Notes under the pieces: model-generated
Told to the model about the DNA's origin: nothing
What the model saw: only the letters and a program-made list of their open reading frames with translations
The model's database searches: none
Position numbers and translations under genes: made by a program
In this document: positions 12,976 to 24,612 of the stretch, in pieces
Layout: each line of letters begins with the position of its first letter
Numbering within the stretch: position 1 is the stretch's first letter
From: Octopus vulgaris
Taxonomy: Eukaryota
DNA: 64,000 nucleotides
Assembly: GCA_951406725.2 (NCBI GenBank)
Contig: OX597818.1
Coordinates: forward strand, 141,980,001-142,044,000
Direction of reading: 5' to 3'

Positions 12976-13292
12976 GTGGAGGTGCAATGGCCCAGTGGTT
13001 AGGGCAGCGCACTCCCGGTCGGAGGATCGCGGTTTCGATTCCCAGACCGGGCGTTGTGCGTGTTTATTGAGCGAAAACACCTAAAGCTCCATGAGGCTCC
13101 GGCAGGGGGTGGTGGCGATCCCTGTTGTACTCTTTCGCCCTAACTTTCTCTCACTCTTTCTTCCTGTTTCTTGAGTAACGCTGCGATGGACTGGCGTCCC
13201 GTCCAGCTGGGGGGGGGGGACACATACGCCATAGAAACCGGGAAACCGGGCCCATGAGCCTGGCTGGGCTTGAAAAGGAGCGAAGAAAAGAA
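12976..13292 (+). mobile_element. tRNA-derived SINE family 1 head with alternative 3' tail B
   Basis: Head GGAGGTGCAATGGCCCAGTGGTTAGGGC..GGTTTCGATTCCC (A/B boxes). Diverges from other family-1 copies after ~13170 into GCTGCGATGGACTGGCGTCCCGTCCAG..AGAAACCGGG. Confidence 0.85.
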
Positions 13293-13559
13293 CCCAGATA
13301 TAAATGTGGTATGACAGCAAGAAATTTAATGGTGTTCTGTTCGTAGATAGAGAATTGGGTGGTACATTTCGAGACTTCCGAGCAATTAACCTTAACACCA
13401 AGTTCATCAATAAATAAGGTAGATCCGTTAAATCTGTTCTCTCTAATCTTATTCCTTTGACAATGACACCTGTCAAGGTAACTGTATATGCTACAAACCC
13501 GCATATCAACAGCAATGTTAGAAATAGCGTGGCTTTTCTAATGCCAATACAAAGGTTTC

Positions 13560-13775
13560 TGTCCGTTTGACTTGTCTCATATACTTCCTCGGGGACACTT
13601 TCGTCTCTCTCCCTCTTCTACCACACATGTTGTGTCCAAACTCAGACGCGACATTCACCACTACTATTCCAAGTCCTTCCCCCCCAAGAACTTCTTTCCT
13701 CAAGAATTTCCATCTTGCTCTCGTCTTCCCTGCAATCGTCGACAAACGGGAATGTAATTTGGAACGTTTATGATA
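13560..13775 (+). mobile_element. Decayed L2/CR1-group LINE 3' end
   Basis: HHYYSKSF joined by frameshift to PRTSFLKNFHLALVFPAIVD resembles the SFFPRTSxLWNxLPxxVFP LINE terminus. Confidence 0.4.
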
Positions 13776-13832
13776 TTATTGTTACGAGACTCGGCTATTA
13801 AAACTTATATGTATGAATATATAAGTATATAT

Positions 13833-14064
13833 ATTTCTTTACTGCCCACAAGGGGCTAAACGTAGAGGGGACAAACAAGGACAGACAAACGGATTAAGTC
13901 GATTACATCGACCCCAGTGCATAACTGGTACTTAATTTATCGACCCCGAAAGGATGAAAGGCAAAGTCGACCTCGGCGGTATTTGAACTCAGAACGTAAC
14001 GCCAGACGAAATACGGCTACGCATTTCGCCCGGCGTGCTAACGTTTCTGCCAGCCCGCTGCCTT
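13833..14064 (-). mobile_element. SINE family 2, full length
   Basis: 16-bp TSD ATATATAAGTATATAT (13817-13832 / 14065-14080). Confidence 0.9.
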
Positions 14065-14149
14065 ATATATAAGTATATATGTTATATATCGTATGTATGT
14101 ATGCTAAATACATTCATTTATGCATACACATATAAATGCATGCTTACAT

Positions 14150-14534
14150 TGGAAGCACTCCGTCGGTTACGACGACGAGGGTTCCGGTTGATCCGAATCA
14201 ACGGAACAGCCTGCTCGTGAAATTAACGTGTAAGTGGCTGAGCACTCCACAGACACGTGCACCCTTAACGTAGTTCTCGGGGATATTCAGCGTGACACAG
14301 AGAGTGACAAGGCCGGCTCTTTGAAATACAGGTACAACAGAAATAGGAAGTAAGAGTGAGAGAAAGTTGTGGTGAAAGAGTACAGCAGGGATCACCACCA
14401 TCCCCTGCCGGAGCCTCGTGGAGCTTTTAGGTGTTTTCGCTCAATAAACACTCACAACGCCCGGTCTGGGAATCGAAACCGCGATCCTACGACCGCGAGT
14501 CCGCTGCCCTAACCAATGGGCCATTGCGCCTCCA
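14150..14534 (-). mobile_element. SINE family 1, tail A, full length
   Basis: Near-identical to the copies at 16629, 18319 and 55606; source of the recurring MVVIPAVLFHHNFL ORF. Confidence 0.92.
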
Positions 14535-14549
14535 AAAAAAAAAAAAAGC

Positions 14550-14554
14550 ATACA

Positions 14555-14588
<34 letters not shown>

Positions 14589-16193
14589 CATACATACATA
14601 CATACATGCATGCACATATATATGCATATATGTATTTACATGCAGTTATACATGTATGTGCATATATCTATCTATATATATAGGTATGCGTGTGCAGAGA
14701 GAAAGAAAGAGATGCATACTAACAGAGATACAAACATGTATGTATGTATGTATGTATGTATGTATGTATGTATGTATGCATGCATGTATGTATGTATGTA
14801 TGTATGTATGTATTTATGTCTGTATGTATGTATGTATGTATTATGTATGTGTGTATGTATGTATGTATGTATGTATGTATGTGTGTATGTATGTATGTAT
14901 ATATGTATTATGTATGTATGTATGTATGTATGTATGTATTATGTATGTATGTATGTATGTATGCATTATGTATGTATGTATGTATGTATGTATGTATGCA
15001 TGCATGTATGTATGTATGTATGTATGTATGCATTATGTATGTATGTATGTATGTATGTATTTATGTCCGTATGTATGTATGTATGTATTATGTATGTGTG
15101 TATGTATGTATGTATGTATGTATGTATGTATGTATGTGTGTATGTATGTATGTATGCATGCATGTATGTATGTATGTATGTATGCATTATGTATGTATGT
15201 ATGTATGTATGCATGTATGTATGTATGTATGTATGTATGTATGTATGTATGTATGTATGTATGTATGTATGTATGTGTGTGTGTATGTATGTATGTATGT
15301 ATGTATGTATGTATGTATGTATGTATGTATGTATGTATGCATGCATGCATGTATGTATGTATGTATGTATGTATGTATGTATGTATGTATGTATGTATGT
15401 ATGTATGTATGTATGTATGTATGTATGTGTGTGTGTATGTATGTATGTATGTATGTATGTGTGTATGTATGCATGTATGTATGCATGCATGTATGTATGT
15501 ATGTATGTATGTATGTATTATGTATGTATGTATGTATGTATTATGTATGTGTGTATGTATGTATGTATATATGTATTATGTATGTATGTATGTATGTATG
15601 TATGTATTATGTATGTATGTATGTATGTATGTATTATGTATGTATGTATGTATGTATGTATGCATGCATGTATGTATGTATGTATGTATGTATGCATTAT
15701 GTATGTATGTATGTATGTATGTATTTATGTATGTATGTATGTATGTATGTATGTATGTGTGTATGTATGTATGTATGTATGTATGTGTGTATGTATGTAT
15801 GTATATATGTATTATGTATGTATGTATGTATGTATGTATGTATTATGTATGTATGTATGTATGTATGTATGTATGTATTATGTATGTATGTATGTATGTA
15901 TGTATGCATGCATGTATGTATGTATGTATGTATGTATGCATTATGTATGTATGTATGTATGTATGCATGTATGTATGTATGTATGTATGTATGTATGTAT
16001 GTATGTATGTATGTATGTATGTATGTATGTATGTATGTATGTGTGTGTATGCATGCATGTATGTATGTATGTATGTATGTATGTATGCATGCATGCATGT
16101 ATGTATGTATGTATGTATGTATGTATGTATGTATGTATGTATGTATGTATGTATGTATGTATGTATGTATGTATGTATGTATGTATGTATGTA

Positions 16194-16226
<33 letters not shown>

Positions 16227-16305
16227 ATGTGTGTATGTATGCATGTATGTATGCATGCATGTATGTATGTATGTATGTATGTATTATGTATGTATGTATG
16301 TATGT
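14550..16305. repeat. (CATA)n followed by long degenerate (TATG)n
   Basis: Direct reading; the interruption pattern GTGTGTATGTATGTATGTATATATGTATTATG recurs near 14881, 15548 and 15785. Confidence 0.97.
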
Positions 16306-16628
16306 ACACATATAGCGGTTCCTCCAGTCGGTCTCTATGTAAGAGGGTCTAACAGTTGGCTGTTAGAACATCCTCACAGATTAATTGTTTTCGGTTGTGT
16401 AAGCTTATGTAGGACCAGCCACACATTTTGAAAGCGCTAAGAGCAGAAATTTGGTGCAAATGTTTGGCACAAACGCAACGAACAACATGCCTCGGGCTTT
16501 TCCATTAAGCTATTCCATCTCCTGAGTTAGTTCCCTTCGCCTGTTGTGTTACCAAGTTAGGATAACTGCTCACCTAGGTACCAAGCCAGAAATTTCTAAA
16601 TCCTCGCTCATGCATATATATATCATGT

Positions 16629-17013
16629 GTGAAGGCGCAATGGCCCAGTGGTTAGGGCAGCGGACTCGCGGTCATAGGATCGCGGTTTCGATTCCCAGAC
16701 CGGGCGTTGTGAGTGTTTATTGAGCGAAAACACCTAAAAGCTCCACGAGGCTCCGGCAGGGGATGGTGGTGATCCCTGCTGTACTCTTTCACCACAACTT
16801 TCTCTCACTCTTACTTCCTGTTTCTGTTGTACCTGTATTTCAAGGGACCGGCCTTGTCACTCTCTGTGTCACGCTGAATATCCCCGAGAACTGCGTTAAG
16901 GGTACATGTGTCTGTGGAGTGCTCAGCCACTTACACGTTAATTTCACGAGCAGGCTGTTCCGTTGATCGGATCAACCGGAACCCTCGTCGTCGTAACCGA
17001 CGGAGTGCTTCCA
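16629..17013 (+). mobile_element. SINE family 1, tail A
   Basis: tRNA-like head; ends CGACGGAGTGCTTCCA; flanked by ATATATCATG on both sides. Confidence 0.92.
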
Positions 17014-17271
17014 TATATCATGCAATTGGATGGCCGATTACGCTTCTTAGTCCTCTACCCTTAGATGGGTCTTTTTTTTCATCATGCTGCTTGTCCAAAA
17101 ATCATCCAACTCTCCAAGCAGGCTTGGTACTGTTACTGGTTTAATCATCGATGGCTCGACCACGAAACAGATTGTTACTTGTTACCGTTGGAACCATTTT
17201 TATCATTGTATGTATATCATATAAATTTAATATATATATCCAATGTAAAAATTATTGTTAACCGTATATTG

Positions 17272-17488
17272 ATTTGAAATTTTTGGCACAAGGCCAGCAG
17301 TTTTGGGGGAAGGGGATAGGTCGATAAGATCGACCCCAGTGTTCAACTGGTACTTATTTTATAGACCCGAAAGGATGAAAGGTAAAATCGACCTCGGCGG
17401 AATTTGAACTCGGAACGTGAGAAGACAGACGAAATGTCGCTAAGTATTTTTCCCGGCATACTAACTATCCTGCCAGCTCGCCGCCTTA
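17272..17488 (-). mobile_element. SINE family 2, older copy
   Basis: Family core on the minus strand with CpGs retained. Confidence 0.82.
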
Positions 17489-17539
17489 CACTATACACCT
17501 TATATTATATGCAACATGAAGCTTCGCCATGTTGATTCG

Positions 17540-17735
17540 CTAGCTCCTGCACGCATTTTTTCCCCTCCTTCTTTCTCTCCTTGTTTCTTTTCTGTGTATC
17601 TTTCTGTTGAAGAGCGTAGGCTCGAAACGTAAAAGACTTGTTTTATTTATATTCCTGAGCGCCATACTAATACAATTGTTTGTTTGTATTCCACCTGCCT
17701 TCGTCTTTTGTTTATTTTCATAAAGCTTCCCGTTA
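17540..17735 (+). mobile_element. Short Penelope-like (pLTR-type) element, family H2
   Basis: Contains a hammerhead fold; downstream CCTGAGCG..CTAATAC motif shared with family H1; 3' end runs into (TA)n. Confidence 0.6.
17599..17636 (+). ncRNA. Minimal type I hammerhead ribozyme motif (core variant CUGUUGA)
   Basis: TCTTT-CTGTTGA-A-GAGC(GTAG)GCTC-GAAA-CG-T-A/AAAGA: stem I TCTTT/AAAGA, stem II GAGC/GCTC, palindromic stem III ACGT, GUA site. Confidence 0.7.
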
Positions 17736-18318
17736 TATATATACAACATGACTATCATATACATTAGAACTATTAAACAAAATATTCACAACTTTGCAAC
17801 AAATAAACAAAGTAGGAAGTTTCGTTTTTCGATATGGTTTGCAAGATTCTTTATATGAGTTCGTGTGTTGAAGCATATTCTGATGTGTCTGGGGAGAGTC
17901 ATTTGCAAGACGCAACGAAAATTTTAGTAAAATAAAAATAAGAAATAAGTGGAAATTTTACCGGTGAGTAAGGCGCAAACAGAAAATGACTCTCCCCAGA
18001 CACAACGAAGTAGGAAGTATTACACACAAATTCCGGGTTATTATTCACAGGTGTGAACAGACAAATGTTATACATAATATATAAATAGATATTATAAAAG
18101 CAGGCATGTGTGATATTTTTGTAGCCTTATATATTGTTATTTAAAGAGAATAGTGAATAAATATAGAAGAATAGAGACAAGATACAGACACGGTTATATA
18201 GTTAAATAGTTCACTTCACAACCAGTACAACGGGTGCAAGGTCACAACTGGTGACAAACACGCACACACAAAAAAAAACACGGGCGCGCACGCACACACA
18301 CACATACATACATACATA

Positions 18319-18698
18319 GTGGAGGCGCAATGGCCCAGTGGTTAGGGCAGCGGACTCGCGGTCATAGGATCGTGGTTTCGATTCCCAGACCGGGCATTGT
18401 GAGTGTTTATTGAGCGAAAACACCTAAAGCTCCTCGAGGCTCCTGCAGGGGTGGTGGCGATCCCTGCTGTACTCTTTCACCACAACTTTCTCTCACTCTT
18501 ACTTCCTATTTCTGTTGTACCTGTATTTCAAGGGGCCGGCCTTGTCACTCTCTGTGTCACGCTGAATATCCCCGAGAACTACGTTAAGGGTACACGTGTC
18601 TGTGGAGTGCTCAGCCACTTACACGTTAATTTCACGAGCAGGCTGTTCCGTTGATCGGATCAACCGGAACCCTCATCGTCGTTACCGACGGAGTGCTT
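18319..18698 (+). mobile_element. SINE family 1, tail A
   Basis: Matches the other copies; inserted in (CATA)n. Confidence 0.9.
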
Positions 18699-18799
18699 AC
18701 ATACATACATACATACATGCATACGGCGGGATTCCACGCAGTTTCCAGCAACCAAATTCATTCAAAAGACATCGGTCAGCCCGGGGCTATAAAAGATTC

Positions 18800-19040
18800 C
18801 TTCTTGAGTCTTACTGACTCACAAGAGCTTCCCGGCTTCAATGACGTATATATTCTCCACCTGGACGGGACGCCAGTCCATCGCAGCGTTTACTCATTTT
18901 TGCCAGCTGGGTGGACTGGAGCAACGTGAAATGAAGTGTTTTGCTCAAGAACACAATGCTATGCCCGGTCTAGGAATCGAAACCACAATCTTAACACTAT
19001 GAGTTCAATACCCTAACCAGTAAGTCACGCTGCTCCACGG
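18800..19040 (-). mobile_element. tRNA-SINE with TTGCTCCAGTCCACCCAGCTG core and tail B
   Basis: Minus-strand tRNA-like head; core shared with the 36040/39488/63128 copies; tail GCTGCGATGGACTGGCGTCCCGTCCAG shared with the 12976 copy. Confidence 0.7.
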
Positions 19041-19094
19041 CCCGGAGTTATGGTGGAAGACACTTTGACCAAGACGCCACGCAGAGACATAGTG

Positions 19095-19573
19095 AGGCGT
19101 GTGCGTGAGGCGTGTGCGTACGTGTGTGCGTGCGTGCGTGCGTGCGTGTGTGTGTATGTGTGTTTGCGTGTGTGTTTGCCTGTGTGTGCGTGCGTGTGTG
19201 TGTGCGTGCGTGTGTGCGCGTGTGTGCGCGTGTGTGTACGTGTGTGTGTGTTTGTGCGTGTGTGTGTGTGCGAGTGTGTGTTTGTGTGTGTTTATGTGAG
19301 TGTGTGTGTGTGTGGGTTTGTGCGTGTGCGTGTGTGTGTACGTGTGTGTGCGTGTGTGTGTATTTGTGTATGTGTTTGCGTGTGTGCGTGTGTACGTATG
19401 TATGTGTGTAGGTGTATGTATGCTTCTGTGTGGGCGTGTGTGTTTGCGTATGTGCGTGTGTGTGTATTTGTGTGTGTGTGTGTGTAGGTGTATGTATGCT
19501 TGTCTGTGTGCGTGTGTGTGCGCGTGTGTGTTTGCGTGTGCATGTGTGTGCGTGTGCGCGCGCGTGCACGTGT
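19095..19573. repeat. Degenerate (GT)/(GC) alternating purine-pyrimidine tract
   Basis: Direct reading; CpG-rich. Confidence 0.93.
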
Positions 19574-19704
19574 ATCATAAGTGTGTATCAACAAACGTTG
19601 AACCCGTAAACGCACCAGTGTACTGTGTATAATGAGACGATATAGTATCAAGTTTATAGTCATTTCGATACTTCAGTAATTAAGCTAATATTTCAGAAAC
19701 GCTG

Positions 19705-20357
19705 AGTGGCTGCATTGTAAAAGGCTAGATCCCCAACCGCAGGATTTCTGGTTCAGTCCCACTGAGTGACACCTTAGGCAAGTATCTTCTACTATATATC
19801 CTCGAGTGGATTTGGTAGACAGAAACTGAAAGAAGCCCGCATATGTTTACGTATATATGTGTGAGCGTCTTTGTGTCTGTGTTGGTCGCCCACCACAGCC
19901 TGACAACCTATTTCTTTATTACCCACAAGGGGCTAAACACAGAGGGGACAAACAAGGACAGACATAGGTATTAAGTCGATTACATCGACCCCTGTGCGTA
20001 ACTGGTACTTAATTTATCGACCCCGAAAGGATGAAAGGCAAAGTTGACCTCGTCGGAATTTGAACTCACAACGTAACGCCGACGAAATACTGCTAAGCAT
20101 TTCGCCCGGCGTGCTAACGATTCTGCCAGTTTGCCGCCTTATAGAACAACCAGGCCACACAGCCTGACAACCGGCGTAGGTGTGTTTACGCCCCCGTAAC
20201 TGAGAGGTTCGACAAAACAGACCGATAGAATAAGTACCAGGTTTAATACACACACAAAAAAAGAGTCGAATTATTCGACTAAAAATTCTTCAAGGTGGTG
20301 CCCCAGCATGACCGCAGACTAATTGCTGATCCAAGCAAAAGATAAACGATAAAAGAT
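19705..20357 (+). mobile_element. tRNA-SINE family 3 interrupted by a family-2 SINE (19909-20140, minus)
   Basis: GGTTCAGTCCCACTG..CACCTTAGGCAAGT..GATAGAATAAGTAC..CCAGCATG; the nested copy has a 15-bp TSD CACAGCCTGACAACC. Confidence 0.85.
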
Positions 20358-20624
20358 ATTTAAAAACAACATTGAGGTGTGGCCAGGTTGTTCTATTTGC
20401 CAGTTATATATGACAAATCAGACTTCCTGTTTAATCATTTCTTTGTTGTAAGTCAAGCTTACGGCATTGTTGTAAAGATTTGCACTGGAGAAAGTACAAA
20501 ACCTATAGAAGTATGTAGTTTTGTATTTTGAATACCTTGGATAGGAAAATCATCAGAGTGTGCAAAGGACAATACAAGGATTACATTAGGATACGTTTGG
20601 AATATTCAGAATATTATAGACATG

Positions 20625-20840
<216 letters not shown>

Positions 20841-20844
<4 letters not shown>

Positions 20845-21230
20845 TGAAACTATTAGAGTCAACAAGGAGTATGGCTGGACATTTATTTTCAATCACTACA
20901 ATTGTTTCTGCGCAACGTAGTTCTCTAGACATGCAGGTACTTGATTATGCAACCGTTTCTCTGCATTATGAGATCTAGCTGTGTTTCCTTAGGCGATATG
21001 TAAATATTGTCTCCGTAAGTTTAAAATCTCGGCTTCGGGAGCATCCACTCGGTCTGTCGTGGACTCAAGTTATTAGTAGCCACTATTGACACCAATCTTT
21101 TCAGTTATCTTTCCACACACGACAGAAGCCCAAACGCAATCTTGAAAACGCATATAATACTACTACTGGGTAGCTCAGGGGGAAATCTGAAGCTGGACGG
21201 GCTTTATACTGTACTCTACTACGTTCTTAA
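20841..21230 (-). mobile_element. Short Penelope-like element, family H4, with hammerhead-like fold at 20892-20997
   Basis: Minus: ATCGC-CTAAGGA-[~75-nt structured insert]-GAAAC-AATT-GT-A/GTGAT, then AATAAA; paralogue at 58335-58600; abuts (TA)n. Confidence 0.55.
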
Positions 21231-21256
21231 CAGAGTATACCATAACTACATATATA

Positions 21257-22510
21257 CAGGGTGGGGCAGAGAGGACCGACGTTTTTGAAAAATTCACAAA
21301 ATCATTAATTTTAGCTGCAAACAAATTTTATTGACAACAATGTGTTCGTATTGAATTAGCATTTGTCAAAATCAAGTGCGGAAAGCAGCATCCATCATAT
21401 GGTATCCGTTTTCAATGGTGCATTTCTGAAGACGTTCTTAGAAGTTAGCATCCACTCTCTCCAGCAATGCTCTGTCGATTTGGACGACTTCCACACGAAT
21501 AGCTTCCTTCAATGTACAGAGTTTATGCGCATATAGACGTACCTTGAGGTTTACCCACAAGAAATAATCACACATAGACAAATCAGGGAACCGAGGGGGC
21601 CAAGGAATATCAGAAAACCTGGAAATGAGGCAGTCACCGAAGAGAGAGCTGAGAACGTCTATTGATGCTCTGGCTGTGTGGGCCGTCACTCCATTTTGCT
21701 GAAACCACACACATCGAATAGGCATACGTTTTCGTCGTAATTCAGACACAAAGAAGTTCTTTATCATCTCGATGTAACGCTTGGAGTTCACAGTGACAGC
21801 ATTTCCATTACTGTCCTCAAAGGAGTAAGGACCAATGACTGCAACTTTCCCAACAGCACACCAGACCGTCACTTAGGCTGTGCAGTGGTCTTTCGTGCAG
21901 TTCTCTCGGATTTTCAAGAGCCCAGTAATGACAGTTCTGTCGATTCACCATGCCATTCAGATGAAAATGAGCTTCATCATTCATTAATAAAACGAAGTTG
22001 TCATTCGCCTAAAAAACTGCTTCCATCTGAAGTGCGAAGTCAAGCCGCTCTGTATAGTCCCATGGTTTCAACGGTTGCCCGGTGACCATTTTGTACAGAT
22101 GGAAATGCAGGTCTTCATGCAAAATACGCCTTGCAGTATCAAAGATTGTCTGACGCCTTCCACATTTCCGGGGTCCGTACCGTTCCTGGCGCCCCCACCG
22201 ATCTCCTATTCATTAGTGTACCTCGTGTACGAAGTGCATTCACCCAACGTAAGATTGTGTTACGGGTGGGAACAGCCTGGTTTCGGGGAATGTTGAAGTG
22301 ACGCCGAAACTCACGCTTAACTGCTGTGATAGACTCGTTATTCTTCGTGTAACTGTCATAGGCAAACATGCGATGCTCAATCGCCCATAGAGCCATAGGT
22401 TCACCTGAAAAGTAAAAAAAATGCTAAGACACCTCGGTTCGAACGGTACCTGACAGACATATGTCTCTAAGTAATAACCATTTCAAAAACGTCCGTCTTC
22501 TCTGCCCCAC
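21257..22510 (-). mobile_element. Tc1/mariner DD41D (rosa/Visitor-type) transposon with decayed transposase
   Basis: TA plus TIR CAGGGTGGGGCAGAGAGGACCGACGTTTTTGAAA, mirrored at 22481-22510. HTH ORF 22139-22396; DEAHFHLNGMVNRQN; WFQQ(N)G followed by 41 aa to the D of WPPRFPDLSMCD. Confidence 0.9.
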
Positions 22511-22555
22511 ATACATACATACATACATACATACATACATACATACATACATACA

Positions 22556-22586
<31 letters not shown>

Positions 22587-22632
22587 GCATACATACATAT
22601 GAATAAATGAAAGAATGGAGTTGAACGACACA

Positions 22633-22750
22633 TTAACAAATTTCCTTTATTTTCGACATATGTTTCGAAGGCTGCATATTCCTTATTGTGAAGGAATAAG
22701 GAGTACATTATGCCGCTTTCTCATCAGGAAAAACAAGGAATTTATGTCAA
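22633..22750 (-). ncRNA. Canonical-core type I hammerhead ribozyme (family H3 element ~22600-22955)
   Basis: Minus: TTTTC-CTGATGA(22727-22721)-GAAAGCGGCATA..TCCTTATT(loop)AATAAGGA..TATGCAGCCTTC-GAAAC-ATAT-GT-C/GAAAA. GUC site between 22655 and 22654; stem I extends further (TTCC/GGAA, TTGAC/GTTAA). Confidence 0.85.
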
Positions 22751-22955
22751 CATCAAGGTTCACAAAAACTTTTAGATGACTGCTCTCACGGAGCGCATAA
22801 ATTTTATAAAAATACACACAAATTTCCACACGAAAACACGTAGTCTCTGCCCTAGGCACGTAACTTCAACCGTGTTATTTCTGATGTAAATTTGCTACCC
22901 AGGTATCGGTTAAACGAATTATCCATAAAAAGATATTTCATTTTTCTGCTCAAAT

Positions 22956-23006
<51 letters not shown>

Positions 23007-23339
23007 CAACAATTGAGGGTAAAATTAATTAATCAATTTCACCAAGTGTTCAGTATGTAAAAGGACCATTTAAGGCGAATTCAAAATATTACATTATATA
23101 ATTAGGGCTTAGTAAAATAAATTACTTTGCCACATACTGAACTTAGTAGAAATAGCAGCCAAAAAAAATTTTTTTAGCCATTTCTACTACTTAAAGAAAA
23201 TTTCTCTCAGATAATGTTTACTCCAGACAGCTCACGAAGGTTTGGAGGTAAATACAGAAAAATATCACAAGTACATAGATCGTTTGAGTACGTCAACGTT
23301 TCAAGATTAGCGAAATAAAAAGAGGAGTGCAGAAATTTA

Positions 23340-23610
23340 CGCCTGCGCATTTTGAATTTGTTGGCACTGGCAGTTGGAGAAGAAAACAAAGGACCACTGA
23401 TGCGGTCACAGGAGTGTGACGAAAGAACTTTGGCCGAAATAAGATTAAGATTAATGTAAAAAATAAATATCACTGAAGCAAAATAGCACCAAATATATAG
23501 TGCGTGTGTTTTTATTGACTAAACTGGCAATATGACCATTCCGAAATATAACAATATATGTTTCAACACACGACTTCACATAAAAAATCTTGCACAACAA
23601 ATATTTAAAC

Positions 23611-23612
<2 letters not shown>
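23340..23612 (+). mobile_element. Short Penelope-like element, family H5, with hammerhead-like fold at 23391-23435
   Basis: GGACCA-CTGATGCG-GTCACA(GGAG)TGTGAC-GAAA-GAAC-T-T/TGGCC, then AATAAA and ATG stub MTIPKYNNICFNTRLHIKNLAQQI; ends in (TA)n; paralogue at 58760-59100. Confidence 0.62.
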
Positions 23613-23683
<71 letters not shown>

Positions 23684-24175
23684 TGTATGTATGTATGTAT
23701 ATGTATGTACACACACGAATACAAACACAAACACATACTACCTTTATCAAGTGTGTGAATTTCATAAATGTGAGAAGTAGTTCATCAAAGTTGCCCAAGT
23801 TTTTCAATAGAAAACTTTCAACTTGAATTTTAAAAATCTACGTAAAAAACCGCAAGCCAAACCACAATAATTTATATCCCAGGGTTGAGTTATTATGTTA
23901 ATGTAAACATATTTTATGCACTTGACTGAGGAGCACTTAGAAAAAGTGGAGATCCTTTAGTTTACATCACATTAAATTTTGATATTTATTTTGTAACAAG
24001 GCCTGATACCTATGGGGTGTTTTTCTCGGGGTGGATTTTTTCTTGTCAGACCATGTATTCACTTTCTATTTTGTCTATTTTTAAGAACCTTTATCATGAA
24101 GGAAAATAATGTAGTGAATTATTTCGTATTTTGTGCCATATCTGTTTGTTTCCTTAGTAAATATTTTCTCGATGA

Positions 24176-24612
24176 AAGGCGGTGAGCTGGCAGAATCGTT
24201 AGCACACCGGGCAAAATACTTAGCGGCATTTCACCCATGTTAATGTTTTGAATTCAAGTTCCGCCGAGGTCGACTTTACCTTTCATCCTTTCGGGGTCGA
24301 ACAAATAAGTGTCAGTTGAGCACTGTGGTTGATAGAATCGACTTACCTCCTTCCCTGAAACTTCTGGCCTTGTGCCACAATTTGAAGCCAATATTTTCTC
24401 AATGTAATGCGGCGAGTTGGCAAAACTGTTATCATGCCAGGCAAAATGCTTGGCTGTATTTTGTCCGTCGTTACGTTCTGAGTTCAAATTCCACCAAGGT
24501 CAACTTTACCTTTCATCCTTTCAGGATCGATAAAATAAATACCAGTTGAACACTGGGGTTGATGTTATCGACTTATTCCTTCCTTTTAAAATTGCTGGCC
24601 GTTTGCCAAAGT
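24176..24612 (+). mobile_element. Two tandem SINE family 2 copies
   Basis: Heads at ~24176 and ~24408, each with the family core. Confidence 0.82.

Noticed and set aside
6682-16431. MYVC/HTYI ORFs up to 666 aa
   Set aside because: TATG microsatellite without stops.
16629-16710. tRNA gene
   Set aside because: tRNA-like A/B boxes continue into a SINE body present in multiple copies; no complete cloverleaf or terminator.
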